Shown here piece by piece: positions 45,096 to 58,140 of a DNA stretch of 64,000 nucleotides (its first letter is position 1; every line of letters begins with the position of its first letter). The position numbers were made by a program, and so were the translations under genes. The notes below the pieces were generated by a model, which had not been told where the DNA came from, searched no databases, and saw only the letters and a list, made by a program, of their open reading frames with translations. The DNA comes from Curvularia clavata (lineage: Eukaryota), in the NCBI GenBank assembly GCA_023920165.1, contig CP089275.1, positions 3,658,001 to 3,722,000 on the forward strand, read 5' to 3'.

Positions 45096-46361
45096 CTAGC
45101 CTCCAAGCCTGCGACCAGGTCCCATTGAGTTCCAACTCGAGCCAGTAGTCCTGCCTGTACTAGGCTGTGCACCACTTCCAGGTGCACCAGCTGTCCTTCC
45201 ACGACCCTCGACAACATGACCATATCCCCTGTTCTGAACACCGCCAGGTGTAGGGCTGAACCAACTCTTCACAATCTGAGGCGTACGAATGTAGTTTGTT
45301 CCACCTCCAAACGTAGGCCAGATCCTCGTGAGGAAATCGTACAGATGTGCGGCAATGAGGCCCGTTAATTGCGTGGCAGCTGCGTCAGGACCATCGGTGA
45401 TGAAAGTAAGGAACAGCATGGCGAACGGGAGGTACTTGGCGTCGAAGTTGATTATGAAGAATTGCACGGAGCGCGTGGGGCTGTCCTGAGCAAATGTGTA
45501 CGCGTAGGCGAGAGATAGCGCGGGAAGGAAGGTATACGTATTCAAGATACCGCCTGCTGTTGCCTTGACGTGGACTGTTAGCACAAGCCCATTCAAAGAT
45601 ACATCGACATCAAGTGATTCAAAGCACAACGATTGGTAAAGGTATGTAGGGAGCCCCAAATGACCTTGCGAAATAGAGTATTCGCAACGCATCGGTATGT
45701 GACAATCCCACCATGCCTGCACACCATGCAGCCCCTTTTGGATTGTTGGCGGAGCTGCATGATGCGCAAGGGTATTCTTCCTCGATTCCAGGAACCGCTT
45801 CAGCTAGATCAATTTTTGACTGGGCGGGCAGATATGTCGAGGTGACGGAGACCGAAGTCATGGAGTCGCAGACAGGTGTGTCGATGCGATACGGACAAGT
45901 ACACGGGTGTGCGATGTTGCGGAATAGCTACAGTGGGTACTTACGACAATGACGCTGCCGACGAACACGGTATACATGAAAAAGTCGCCGGGTTGCGAGA
46001 AGCGGCTGGACTCGCGCTCAATGGAGCTGCCGTATTGGTACAGAAAATATGGATCAAGCAGAATGGCGAACTTTGGTTTCGTGATCAGAAACGCAGTAAC
46101 GACACGCCAGAGCTGCGGGAACATCTTGGTCGTGAAGACCAGTTGGCTGGCGAAGACAACATGGTAGAGGCTGATGATGCCGCCGTAGCCCAGGGCTGAC
46201 ACAATAACAGCTGCAGCAGTAATGGTCCTGGAGGCAAATGTAAGCAATTGCTCATGCGCGTCGTTTGAGCAGCCAGGCGCAAGCTGTGAAGCATGCAAGC
46301 AAGGCGAGCGAACAAGTAGAGCTTACCTAGAGACCGGTGGGAGGGTCCAAAAGACATCCAT
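45096..46361 (-). CDS. Derlin (Der1/Dfm1 family ERAD rhomboid pseudoprotease), 3 exons
   Basis: MDVFWTLPPVSR|TITA, PQLWRVVTAF, YLPF, GLIAAHLYDFLTRIWP, C-terminal SHP-like WNSMGPGRRLGG; introns about 46326-46228 and 45944-45563. Confidence 0.9.
45642..45845 (-). ncRNA. Candidate intronic box H/ACA snoRNA in derlin intron 2
   Basis: Hairpin CCUCGA/UCGAGG with internal pocket and CCGC/GCGG upper stem, H box AGAAUA (45778-45773), 20-bp stem 45770-45716, 3' hairpin, ACA at 45647-45645. Confidence 0.55.
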
Positions 46362-46848
46362 CGTTGCTGGAAGCTGTGGCAGCTACAGACAAATGCGACA
46401 GTGAAGGTGTCGTGGGCGAGGAACAGCGAAATGCTGCCTAAAGAACAAGACGAAGCGAATTCGCAAGGTGGCTTTTGAAGGAAGCCGGCGCGTCGTTGGT
46501 GGGGAGGCCTTATGTCAGCCATCCCACCCTGGAAAGAAGCCCGCGTCATTGGCCGACCCGTTCCGCGCCACACCTGTGGAAAGTTCTCGCGGGTTTGTAC
46601 TTTATACGTTACTTTGTAGATTGAATTCTGCATGTGTCAACCATGTTTTTCTGCATAATTCCTGTTCTGGCAAAGGCTATGGAGTTTGTCTAGCAGTGAG
46701 GTCTTGGCCCTATCTGCGAAAAGATCTTTGGAAGATAGCATCCTAGGCCAATAATTGCTTGAACGAATAGTTGATAGACGGCAGATATTGTACAACACTA
46801 ACTTTTCCCTCCCTTCATCACATTGCAGTCTTCCTTTCGGATGTATAC

Positions 46849-47532
46849 TTACTGCTCCTTTCCATTCGGCCCATGCACATCGCTTTCCGCCCCAACCCCC
46901 GGCGTACCCCTCTCCTCATACGAATCCTCGTACCGCCTCCAAATCTCCATGTCTCTCGCCAGCCTCTTTTGATGTCTGACCTGAAGCTGGTAATTCACCA
47001 TTCGTTTGTCCGCTTCGAGCATGCCACCTAGTATCATACCAGACATCTGTATGTATCTAGTTCATGCGTTAGGAAAGTAATGACTTGGGGTCGAAGAGAG
47101 CTATGCTGGAGAAGAGTGATAGCGACTTACGTTTTGAATTGGACGGTTAAACCACGGTAAAGTGGTGAAAAGGCATACGCTACACCGCCTGCTACTGCAA
47201 AGAAAGCGCCCCACTGTTGAGACAAAGTCAGTTGGTGTTGTTGTTTCTTGCATGGCCACTTTATATCCTGTAGGTCCAGCGTGAAGAAGGCACGAAACCA
47301 CCCATTGCGCATGCGCCCAAAGCCGGTGCTTTCACTCGTCGACATTTCCTTCTCTTGTCTTTCTTCTACTTCCAACTTCAAAATAGAAGGCGCAAAAGAA
47401 TCAAAATCTACATCGAAAACGTGCGAGCGCATCGCGTACCTTTGTACCTCCAACCAGCGCGCCACGCGCCGCCTCCCAGGCCGCCTGATTCGTCTCTTCG
47501 TCTTTCTCTAAACTGCCATGTTGTCTGACCAT
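46849..47532 (-). CDS. Small two-TM membrane protein (HIG1/Rcf2 N-terminal-like, probably mitochondrial), 3 exons
   Basis: Exons 47532-47440, 47213-47131, 47056-46849: AARGALVGGTK|WGAFFAVAGG..SPLYRGLTVQFKT|YIQMSGMILGGMLEAD. Confidence 0.75.
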
Positions 47533-48204
47533 CTTCCGAATCGTATTACCATAAGAATATTTCCGAGAAAGTTGTGATATTGTTTGCTTATCGTAATTGG
47601 TTGTTTTGGACTTGAGCGTGTGAGTGAGGTTCAATCGATACCATTTGAATGAGGTGATGTCAATATACATTTTCGGTCGGAGCTCGGACATGGGAACTTG
47701 GTTGGTGGGGCTTCAGCAGTCGACCCCACGCCTAGCGATCGCAACACAGATTCTCACTTCTTCAACTTGCGCTGTAGTATTTCGCCGATGAATATTTGCA
47801 CTAGTCACATAATGGCCCCAAAGAAAATCTCCAAACTCATTCCCTCGAGAAAGTCTAAAACTTTATTGTTGTTTGTAATAATCTAGATGGTATCTTCCAA
47901 AAAAGGCATGCAAAGGGCGTTTATCCTGGAACAAATGTGTACTCCAAAAATGATTAGCGATCCAGAATAGAACATCCCATCGTCAGGAGATCCGCAGTCC
48001 AAAAGATTAGCTGTTATGCGGTAAGAAAGTTAACGCCTTATGTCCTCCTCCATGGAGGTGTATGCAAAATAAACTCTATATGTACAGTTCAAAATCGCAA
48101 TCGTGAGCAAGAATCTGAGAAAAATAGGTGCGTATGGGTAGAGGGAAAAATCTCCCGGGAAAAGGCCCAAATACGCTTAGGTGTGATCGGGGTCGACTCG
48201 TCGA

Positions 48205-51200
48205 CTAATTTGGAAATGGAAAACCGACCGTTGTGTTGCCAAAAGACATGTCAAGCTCTTTCTCCAAAGGCGTAACGTCGTAGTCAATATCTCCCATCGA
48301 CGTGGTGGTAATTTCTGGCAGGAAACTGCCAAGTTGCAATTCTTTCTCCGCCGTGGGTGTACTTTCAAGCTTGACTTTGTCCAGGATCTTGCCTAAACTG
48401 CCTGCCGTGTCTGGCCTTTCAAACTCCTCTTCATCGACGTCCATGGCTGTGGGTATGCCATTCGCAATGTTGTGATTGCGCATCAGGTACTGCTGCAAAC
48501 GATACTCTTGCCTAGCCCAGCTCTCATCCACCAGCCCCAGTGCAGCCTTAATGTCCTGATCCGACAACCCTGTAGGGTAGCTGGGCTCCTTGGAAGTCTT
48601 GTTGCCTACTCGACTTGCGATCCTGCTTCGAACAGATGACGGCTTTGATTGAGTGGCTCCCGGTAAGTCGTCTCGCATTGACTTCACTTGGTCTTCTGTT
48701 TGTTTAAGTGCCATTTGGCGGGACTCCTGCATAGTAGGGAGATGGAGAATCGTGGTGTTTCGATGAAGCGCATTAACAAGGTCTGTGAAGCCGGTCAAGG
48801 CAATACCGTTATCCTCGCAGTATAGGTATTGCAAGGTATTATTGACCTTGAGCACATCTGCAAGGGTACTTGCGCCCTGTACACCTAGTTTCTGGTCTAG
48901 TCTTGTTAGTCTTTGGGCTGATAAGCACACATGGCTACTAGACTTACATCTAATGTACAGAGCACGCAAAGTCTTGTTGCGCTGAAGTCCCCGCAGTGCC
49001 CTATTGATACCAACACCTAGTTTGGTTGTTTCAAGACGGGAGTCTTCGCCAGAAATATCAAGCCATTCGAGGCTTTTATTGTCCGCAAACATCTTCTCTA
49101 ATGCCTGGCATGTCTCTTCGGAAGCTTCGCATGGCAGAGAGGCACGTGAAATATCCAGCTGTCGAATCGTGCTGTTGGCGGCCAGGGCAAGTATCATCTT
49201 CCGGAAGTCGGCGTCTTCTTCAAACTCTAGTAAGCGAAGGGTGAGGCTGGATGGGGCGTGGCCGCTAGCAATTGCCTTTGTCAGCTTGCCCAAGTCTACC
49301 TCGATTCTGTTCTCGCTGACATCAAGATGGAGTTCACGAGCTTTTCCCGGTTGTTCTGTCATCGCATACAACAAAAATGCGATATCTTTCCCAGTAAGAA
49401 AGCAATGATCCAGCTTGACCTCGCGAAGCGCTGAGGAACGTTTATAGTTGGAAAGATAAGCGGCAATCGCATCGATTGTAGCCGCATTAAGCGACGTACC
49501 GCTCAGGACCAATTCCTGCAGTCTCCAACCTTGGAACGTCTCGACAGAAATGAGGGACTCGAGACCGGACGACCGTGCGAGATGCGATAGGTTGAGCCGT
49601 GTGAGATAGCCAAAAACGCCAATTTGAGAATCGAAAATGCTTGGCGAAAGGCGGAAAGGATTTGACGACAGGTCAATGGCCTCGAGCGTATTCTCTTGCG
49701 CACGCAATGCGTCCAGGACCAGCGACAGTGCGCGGTCTGTAAGACCACATCCGCTCAACTCGAGTCCTCTGAGATGGCAAGCTCGCTCAACCCCTGCAGC
49801 GACAAGATAATCCAGATCTGTATCACCGAGTTGGATTCTGTTGAGAGCAATCCAGTCAACGTTTGTTGTTTGGTACTTGCATAGCGGAAATAGCGCTTCC
49901 ACAATAGCGCAGCCCTGGTCTCTCGCACTACCTCTTGATTCTCCGTGTTCGCTGGGTTTCCTTGTGATGCAGGACGAAAAGTCCATTCGCCGAAGCTTGC
50001 GATTCGTCAGAGCCAGTGCGCGAATTTCTTGCACCAGCAAGCAAGACCGCTCCAATTCTTCAATGTCCAACCGGGCATACGTCCCGCGTTTTGTCTTGAG
50101 ACAGAGATGTTCTGCGCCATTTGGGTCTCTCAGTCCATTTAAAATGTCCAAGTGAACGTTTTTAAATGAGATACCACCAAATGTTTCGTTGTACCTGAGG
50201 GCACGCATAACAGCAAGGAGCTCCAGCGTGGTATACTGAGACCTCCGCGAGCGGATAGGTGGAAGCAGCTCGAATCGTGGCGAATCCTCTGGTGGATATG
50301 TAATCTGATAACTAATGTTTTCTGGTGGGACATCATACGCAACGCAATAGCCTATTAGAGTCCGGTCTAGAGAATCAGGATCCGCAGGGTGTGGGCTTTC
50401 CTGCCGTACAATGTCTTGGTACACATCCTCGGGAACCAAAAACTCCAGCGGACTGGTCTCCCATTCGGGTCTCAAACCAGCTTCTACAGATCGTAGGCGG
50501 ACGGCAATGTCTCGAGAGGCAAGCGATGCCAAGTAGAATACTTTTGGTTTTTCCAAGGGTTTTCTGCCCACTGTTAGAAGCGCTTTGCTACGAGAATTCA
50601 AGCACGTACCGGAAGGTCAGCTGAAAAGTATCATCAGTCTCGCTGACGCGAACTTCAGTCAGGGTTAAGATGCCGTGTGATAACTGTGTGTTGTGAGATG
50701 CCAAAGATGGGCTGGAAGACCGTTGCGAAGGCGCCTTAAATAACGGAATTATGTGAACTTTATGCACGCCAATTGCAAGAAAACACACAGAAGCAGCGGC
50801 CTTTGTCAAGTCATCGGATGAAGATCTGGCCGTAGTTTTTCCTTGAGGTCTGAGAACAATCTTGTATATGGCGTAGTGTGGAGGCACATAGTCACGCTCT
50901 GCTTCTACGACGCGGGCAGCTAGGTGGGAATTATGCGCAGAGATGGGTTTTGCATCACAGAGTCGGGCTGCATTAGCTGCTTGTCTTATGGACTTTAGCC
51001 AGGTGAACATGTCTTCGGGATCGCCGAATTGAAGGGTCATAGAAGAGGCATTATTGGCCTCATCATCCAGGTAGTAGAGCTCGAGAGCAAAATGCGGCCG
51101 GCCGTCGTCTAGATGGTAGACGGCCACAATATGACGCAGGGGTATTCCTTGGTGACGATCACCGGACGATTCTGATGCTAGGGACTGAAGCTCATGTGTG

Positions 51201-51826
51201 GATCCGATAGAAGGGCTATGGCTGTGTCTGTATGTACTCATGCGGTGAGAGGACGACACTCTGCGATATTCCGTCCCATCGCCCGGGGCCAAGTGCACTG
51301 AAGCGCACTCGGGGAAAGCCTCTGTTGCTTTGGAGTGGCTCTTGAAGCGAACTAGATGCTTCTCGGTCAGCACCAAGTATTCCTTCTTCTTTCTGAACAT
51401 GGAACTGCTCGTCTGAACCTCGCCATGGTGTAGGACCTGAACATGGTGGACATCCTCGAACAAGTATTCTCCAAAAATGGTCGAGTTGCGTGTCGAGGTT
51501 GCTGAGAGCGGTTCAGGGTCGTCGTCGCCCGGAAGTTTGTAGCCCCGAAAAGAACTAAAGACAGAGCTGGCACGCTTTGCTTGGTTCCTGGAGAGGGTGG
51601 ATCGCGATGAATCAGGCGGTTCAACGAGGTTGAAACTGGCGCCGGTGTTGCCGTCGGCCGAGGTCGGCTGCGCGTATTGCGAGAGGTCGGAGAGGTTTGA
51701 GATGAAGGAGGCAGTGCGTCGTTTCCGTAGCAGATTCGAGGGCTGTGATTCGTCTTTGCTGCTCTGGGAAGTCAGGACATTGAGAGAGCTGCGACCGAAG
51801 ATGCTCCGCCGTTTGTCTTTTGACAT
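48205..51826 (-). CDS. Large protein with N-terminal PH-like domain and RNI-like leucine-rich repeats
   Basis: KKKEYLVLTEKHLVRFK..TWLKSIRQA PH signature; repeated LxxLxLSxC/N units; introns near 50609-50564 and 48948-48897. Confidence 0.8.
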
Positions 51827-52572
51827 GCCGGGGTTCCAGGTTTGCGCGCACAGCCCAACACGAGCTCAGCAGCGCGACTGTCGCATACACAGAGTGCCCG
51901 TCGGTCTAGGAGCCAAGGAAGCGCGTCGGGAGCTACGGTGGACAGTGTCGGCGTGTGGGAGGTGAGCCAGAGGAGCGGAGTTGAACTTTGGTTACTAGGC
52001 GTGGCCAATGAGCATGCAGGCGCGGGCGCATGCGCAAGCAAAGACAATAACAATAACACGACAACAGCGGAACGGCGAATTGGGCAGCGGGTGTAGTGCA
52101 GACGTCAGGCTCGGTATTTTGGCGGGATGTGGTTTGCAGGCGTGGAGCAATGACGACGTCCCATTATTCATGTACCATGGGTGGGCGCCGGTGGCATGAC
52201 GATTCCTGCGGACGGCAATGATGGTGTTTGCTGTTAGGTGTGGACGAGGTGGACCAGCAGCGCAGCGCGCATGGGACGCGAAAAAGGGTATAAGCACTAC
52301 GCGCCGCAGCGAAGGCGAAGAAGGGGAACGTGGAGTACAGACAGACAGGCCTCTGTTCTATTCTGTGCCCAATGGCGGAGTAGGTGGGTCTCGCAAGTGG
52401 CTGCTCCGCGCGTCCTACGTAGCAGCTGCATCCGCTCGTCACGTGCTCATCTTCCGCCGGCGTTAACACGACAAAACGCCGATGGAATTTCTCGACATCG
52501 TCCAAGCGTCAGCCCGCGGCCGCTGCACATTTCCTCCGCCGCCATTGTGCTTCACTTCGCCCACTCCTTTCG

Positions 52573-54853
52573 ATGCTGAGCCGCCAACTGGTGCAAGCCT
52601 CGCCACGGCACAGGAATCCGGTCTGTCTTTTCTGTGCCGCCCAAAGTCTGCCGCGCCCACGGCCATGGCGGCCCTTCAGCGCCACTGCTGCTGTGCTCAA
52701 GCGAGCCCCCGTTAGGAAAGTCGTAACTCCAAAGGCTGGCAAGAAGTCAAAAGCCACTGCCAAGACAAGGGATGCAGAGCACGATGAGCATGATGACACC
52801 TCTGGCGTTTCCCTCAAAGAAGCACTCCTTGGTCGCAAGGGGTTAAAGCGGGAAACTGAGCGTGAGAAGTTGAATATCAGCTCAATTCAAGCAGATGAGC
52901 TCGAATTCGAGCCTGTGTCTGCGGAGAGACCGCCCGTACCCATGCTGTCCTACGGTCTTGATCGTGTGCTGTTCAATCCAGGTGTATACCGGCTGCAGGA
53001 CCCACGCTCGAGGGTATACAATTTCGATCCTTACCTCGAGAGAATTATGCCGGCCCACGAGTTTGACTTTGACGCATTGAGCGAGTACAAGACTTCCTCC
53101 AAGGATGAGGATCTGCTTGCTTTGACCAAGAAGATTGGCGCAAAGTTTACGGGCTCCACATCTAGCATGTCGGGCATCTTGCAACACTTTCATTTCCTTC
53201 TCTCCGGCTTCCGCGGTCTCAATCACGACATGCTCTCACGCCAGTTTCCAGACCCCTCCCCAAAATTCTCAAAAATTACCCTCGGCCCCAGTGCTGTCTT
53301 CCTCCGTTATAAGGACGGCGTCTACGCCATTGATGCAGACAAGTCATTCGACAGGCCCAACATTATGAGTTGGCTCGGCCATTCTTTGGAGAAGCTGCTC
53401 ACGACTGAGCGCAGCGAATTCGAGAGATATCGCAGATCGAACCCGGAGCAAGCGCCTCCAGAAGACAATTCCGGTCGTTGCTACCACTATTCGAAACAAG
53501 GCAGCATTATGATGCGGTCCCAGCTTGACGCGATTGATCCCCGTCTTCCTGGGACTGGTGTTTTTGACTTGAAGACAAGAGCTGTTGTTTCAATTCGCAT
53601 GAACCATAAGGAGTTCGAAGAAGGATCTGGCTACCAACTGCGGCACGCTCTCGGCGAGTGGGAGTCTTTTGAGCGCGAGTTCTACGACATGACGCGCGCC
53701 ACTTTGCTCAAGTACTCTCTGCAAGCTCGTATGGGACGAATGGACGGTATTTTTATTGCCTTTCACAACATTGAGCGTATATTTGGCTTCCAGTATCTCA
53801 GCCTATCTGACATGGACGCTGTTCTCCACGGACAGCACGACACGTCACTGGGAGATCAGGAGTTCAAAGTTTCCATCAGATTGGTTGATGAGCTCCTGGC
53901 CAAAGCTACTGCTCAGTTTCCCGATACAGTAAGCTACTCTACGCTACTTTATATGTGTTATTACTGACATGATGTAGTCCTTGAGGTTGCATTTTGAGGC
54001 ACGCGAGGGCAAGACTCCCTTCATGTATGTGTTTGCCGAGCCCGTGACCGAGGAGCAGGCAGACGAGATTCAACAGGCTGGGGAGGCTGCTCAAGAAGAG
54101 TTTGCACGCACCGTCGTTGGTATACCAGAAGATGATCGAAGGACTCAAGAAGCCTGGCAAGATATCCAAGACGACATTGACAAGCAAGTCGGTGAAGACC
54201 AGAACAGTGTTTCGACAGGTGAAAGTGGCGAAGCCGGCTCATCACGGGAATCATTGGACGAGTCTGAAACCGCCTCTGAGGAGACTGCCGAGGAGACTGC
54301 CGAAGAGGCCACTCAAACTCTCGAGGAAACTACCGAGAAGACCAATGAAGAGACCACCGAGGATGCACAGGAGGGAAGCACAGAGAGTACGGCTAATGTT
54401 TTGGATCCTACCTCAACTTCAGAAAAACCTTTATTGGGTTGGACTCTGAGTGTCCGTAATTTGGTGAACGGAGGTTATGTGGATAGGCCCACAAACTTCA
54501 CAGATCAGGATGAGTGGAAGGTCGAGTATCACATCAAGGAAATTCCAGAACAGAGCCGGTGGAAGTTATACAATGCTCTCAAAGAGAGGCGGCGTCAACT
54601 CATTGGAATGGATGAACAGGAGACCGACAAGAAGCTCAAGCACTACCGCGACCTTATCTCGCGGTTCAGCCGCCGTGGGCGTAAATGGAGAATAGAGCAA
54701 GATCAGCTCAATGAAGAGAAAGGAGTGCAGGTATACCGGCCACTTGGGCCGGGCTCAGATGCTGCGGTCAATGAGCAAACAAGGCCAGACGAGGTATTTG
54801 GTTGCGAAAAGAAAGAGGAAATACTTGATGGTGTCCCCGCATCTCCATCGTAG
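52573..54853 (+). CDS. PET127: Mitochondrial RNA-processing nuclease Pet127, 2 exons
   Basis: Arg-rich presequence; LSYGLDRVLFNPGVY, GSTSSMS, MRSQLDA, FDLKTRAV, KYSLQARMGRMDGIF; intron 53929-53977. Confidence 0.93.
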
Positions 54854-55490
54854 CAGCAATGCTTGCTAGGCGGCTATGGCGTTCTTCATTCTTGCGAAAA
54901 ATCTTGGGAACATATACAGATATATACGACTGTACGATTTGTGGAATTACCATGTAATATACATGTACGATACGAGGTTGGAAAGCGACTAGAGTGGTTG
55001 GCATCGCTTGAAAAACGATGATTTGGCCTTCAGAGCAGTATTAGGACACTACGGGCGATTCAAGAAGAAATCCATGACCCTGCAAAAAATAGAAAACGAA
55101 TTCTCACATGCATGCACATGCGTGTTATTGAGCGTTAGTGACCGTGCGGGCACATGTATTCTATGTGTGACGCAATTACAATTGGTAGCGGATGAACATC
55201 CCTGCTCCTCCGCCCGCAATTGGCGACTTGAAAGCTCCGCCATGGCTCCTCCGCAAAGCTCACGCCTTGAGCTCCCCGCCATGACTGCCGCCAAACTACC
55301 CGCAAGAGCGCTTTCCCTGCATTTGTCGACACCGCACACACTCCCTCACTGCTAGGAGGCAATTATCCTTCACTTACGCTTACGCCTATTTGCCTGCCAC
55401 TCCCGAACGCTCCCCTCAAATACCTCTCTTTCACACGACTCCACGCCGGAGCGTCTCTAAACCCAGACTGCGCAACACAACACCGCCACC

Positions 55491-58140
55491 ATGGATGGGA
55501 CAGATGTAGAGTCCAACGTTGATCTTCTGCTTAGCTTTGGTGCCGACCAGCTGGACAGAAGTGAGGCCAGGCAACTACTGTTGGTACGGGCACCCTGTGC
55601 AAGCAAGCCACTCGCGCACTCTGAGCATAGTCTAACCACAAGCCGTAGAATCATGGCAACAGTGTCGAAGCCGCCATGGACAAATACTTTAGTACCATGG
55701 ACCAAGGAGGCATATCTGCGCTGAAAGCCCATCTGCGCAACTCGCAAGCCAAGTGGGATGAGAGTCCCTTTAACGGGGCCATGTATGGTGTGGATGATAC
55801 GACCCTTCCCAGTACGTTCGACTTGACTCTGTGACACACCGAGGAATAACAAAGCTGACAGGCTCTGGCACCAGCTTTCAATATTGACTATGCCCCAGGC
55901 CATGACAATTACCCCCACAGCAATGTCAATAGCAGAGCACCCACGCGCCCGCCGTCTCGAACCAGTATCGCGTCCAATCAAGCACAAGCAGGCGACACGC
56001 CAATGCAGAGTCAGTACATCACATCAAATACCATGTGTACAGGCTGGTTCATGCTGACTGAGAGGCAGGCATAGAGAACCAGGAGTCTGGAATCATCGGA
56101 TCCAACTCAAACTTCAGGCCGGCCACTGGGGATAATTACGATACATCCCAGTGGGCCTTAGTACCTACTGCTACCGAAATTATCGCTGACCCGGTTCCCG
56201 TCCAGCGAAAGCGCGAAGAAGGCCAGCCCGCTATCCTTAAACCCTCATCCAACTTCAACTACCTGTCTAGCCTTATTCCTATCTTCCATTCGATACCACT
56301 CTTTCGCAATGCGCTGCTTTGTCCCGGAATATTACAAAATGACTACTGGATGGGCGAAGACTGGTGGAGGGGCAACCCGACCGAGACTGGGCGTATATTC
56401 GATAACAGCATAGGGCGCTCAGAAGCTCATGGATTGGAAATCATTCACGAAACGCAGCGGCTGATGGCTTTTCTTGACAACACTGACAGGATCTACGGAT
56501 CGGTGAGCGCTCTGCTGCAGACTGAGGCCTGGACAGAAAACCAATCGGCTGTAGAGGATCCTGATGATGACTTGCTCAAATTCCTTGTCATGTGGGGCTT
56601 TGCGTTGCAGAGTCATGTGCCAAATGTCGAATTAAACGGTCTCCTTCGATCCACTGTCAACGTAGCAGGCACTACACAAGAAAGCTTTGCGCTCGATACC
56701 ACTGTCACACGCGATCAAACCAGGCCCGATTTCAGCTTGTACGATGTTCTAGACGATACGCTCTTCTCTTCGGCTGTTGGGAGCGCGCATATACGCGATG
56801 CCAGCAATGTTCTCATAATTCGCCTAACCTCTTCAAACACAGAAGCATCAGATCTTGGGTGTCGAGTACCAGCTACCCTTTACATTGATCGTTATCTCGA
56901 AAGGAATAAACATGTCATAGATGGCATGTACGGCGATATCAGGCAACACGAAGCGCAGCTAAATGGAATCCAAACACAGCTGGAGAAACTGAAAAATTAC
57001 ACTCCAAACAAAGCAGGTGCTAAAAAAGTGGATTCACTACAGCTTCTTCGATCTAGCATGGCCATATACGAGCATCCAGAAGGAGAGGGGTCACCACAGG
57101 ATGCAGTCGTCCTATCACAGCTTCAGGAACTCTACAAAAGCATTGAGGAAAAGCTTGGGGCCCTTGAGAAGCAAACAGAACATATGAAAAGCACAATCAT
57201 CGAGATATCTGGAAGGTTCAAGCCGCGCTTAGACGATGGCGCCACAGATGACAATGCTGGAGATACTGTAGATGGCGCGACCAACACGATAGAGGCTACA
57301 GGACCAGACAGGGTTGGATTCCCAGACGGCCAGGCCCCAGAGGATGCTATGCACCACCCATACCACCTCCAGGGCGTTGCCACCCGCCGGGATGTTGTTT
57401 ACGTACGACATCCCGATATAAAATCTGACGTTCCAGGCGCAATGCAATGGTGGCGGATGCAGTATGATTCTGAATCTTCAAATCCAACAATAAGACGAGA
57501 CCGCCTCTCTCTCCAAGAGGTCATTGAGCGAGCAACTACAGAATCTGCCTCTGCACTTCTCGTATACGCAAATGACGACGCTATGTCAGTCGAGCCTACA
57601 CCACTACCAAAGCCGCTCCTCGACTTTGTCAAGCGAGACAATCTCAACTTTTTGGAGGAGTTGCAGAAGGATGCAACGAACTGGGAAGCTTTTAACGACT
57701 ACGGCGACGTGACTCAAACAGAGTGGGATGCCAACCAAGGAAGGTGGGACCCAGCTCCCGAGGGGGATTGGGAAGAGGCCACTGTCCCAGATGACAGTAA
57801 TGGTTGGAGTCAAGTATCCGCCAAGGAGCTCAAAAGCCGTACCAGAAACGATTCCAACATAAGCTCTACTACATTGACTCCGAACACTGAGATCGACGAC
57901 ACCGATCACACTGCTTCGGGTGCTAGAGACATGGCCCAGCCGGATATTGGTACAAGTGCTGCTTCTCAACTCAGCAGCGCCAGTAGCGAAACGGTTGGAA
58001 GAAGCGATGATGTGATGGATCTGGATAGCCAGAGACTACAGAACAAGGTTTCTTTTTCGGATGTAGATATGCCGGATGTGCACGAAGAGTCGCGCTCGCA
58101 GCATGATGAGGTTGCGAAAGAAGAGAAGAAGGGCGGTTAA
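55491..58140 (+). CDS. Rup1-like ubiquitin-pathway protein with N-terminal UBA-like domain, 4 exons
   Basis: N-terminal EARQLLL|..SVEAAMDKYF; PTRPPSR, QESG, FRPAT, WALVP, HSIPLFRNALL, ETQRLMAFLDNTDRIYGS, LYIDRYL, LLVYA. Confidence 0.75.

Noticed and set aside
45797..45805. CUGAAGC resembling an Ire1 cleavage loop in the derlin intron
   Set aside because: Not closed by a stem as in HAC1/hacA sites, and no partner site
45619..45861. 80-aa ORF inside the derlin intron
   Set aside because: Not needed for the derlin frame; the region is better explained by RNA structure
27072..58140. Apparent cluster of ubiquitin/proteostasis genes (RPT2, UBC1, derlin, RUP1-like)
   Set aside because: Spread over 30 kb among unrelated genes, and no shared PACE (GGTGGCAAA) motif was seen
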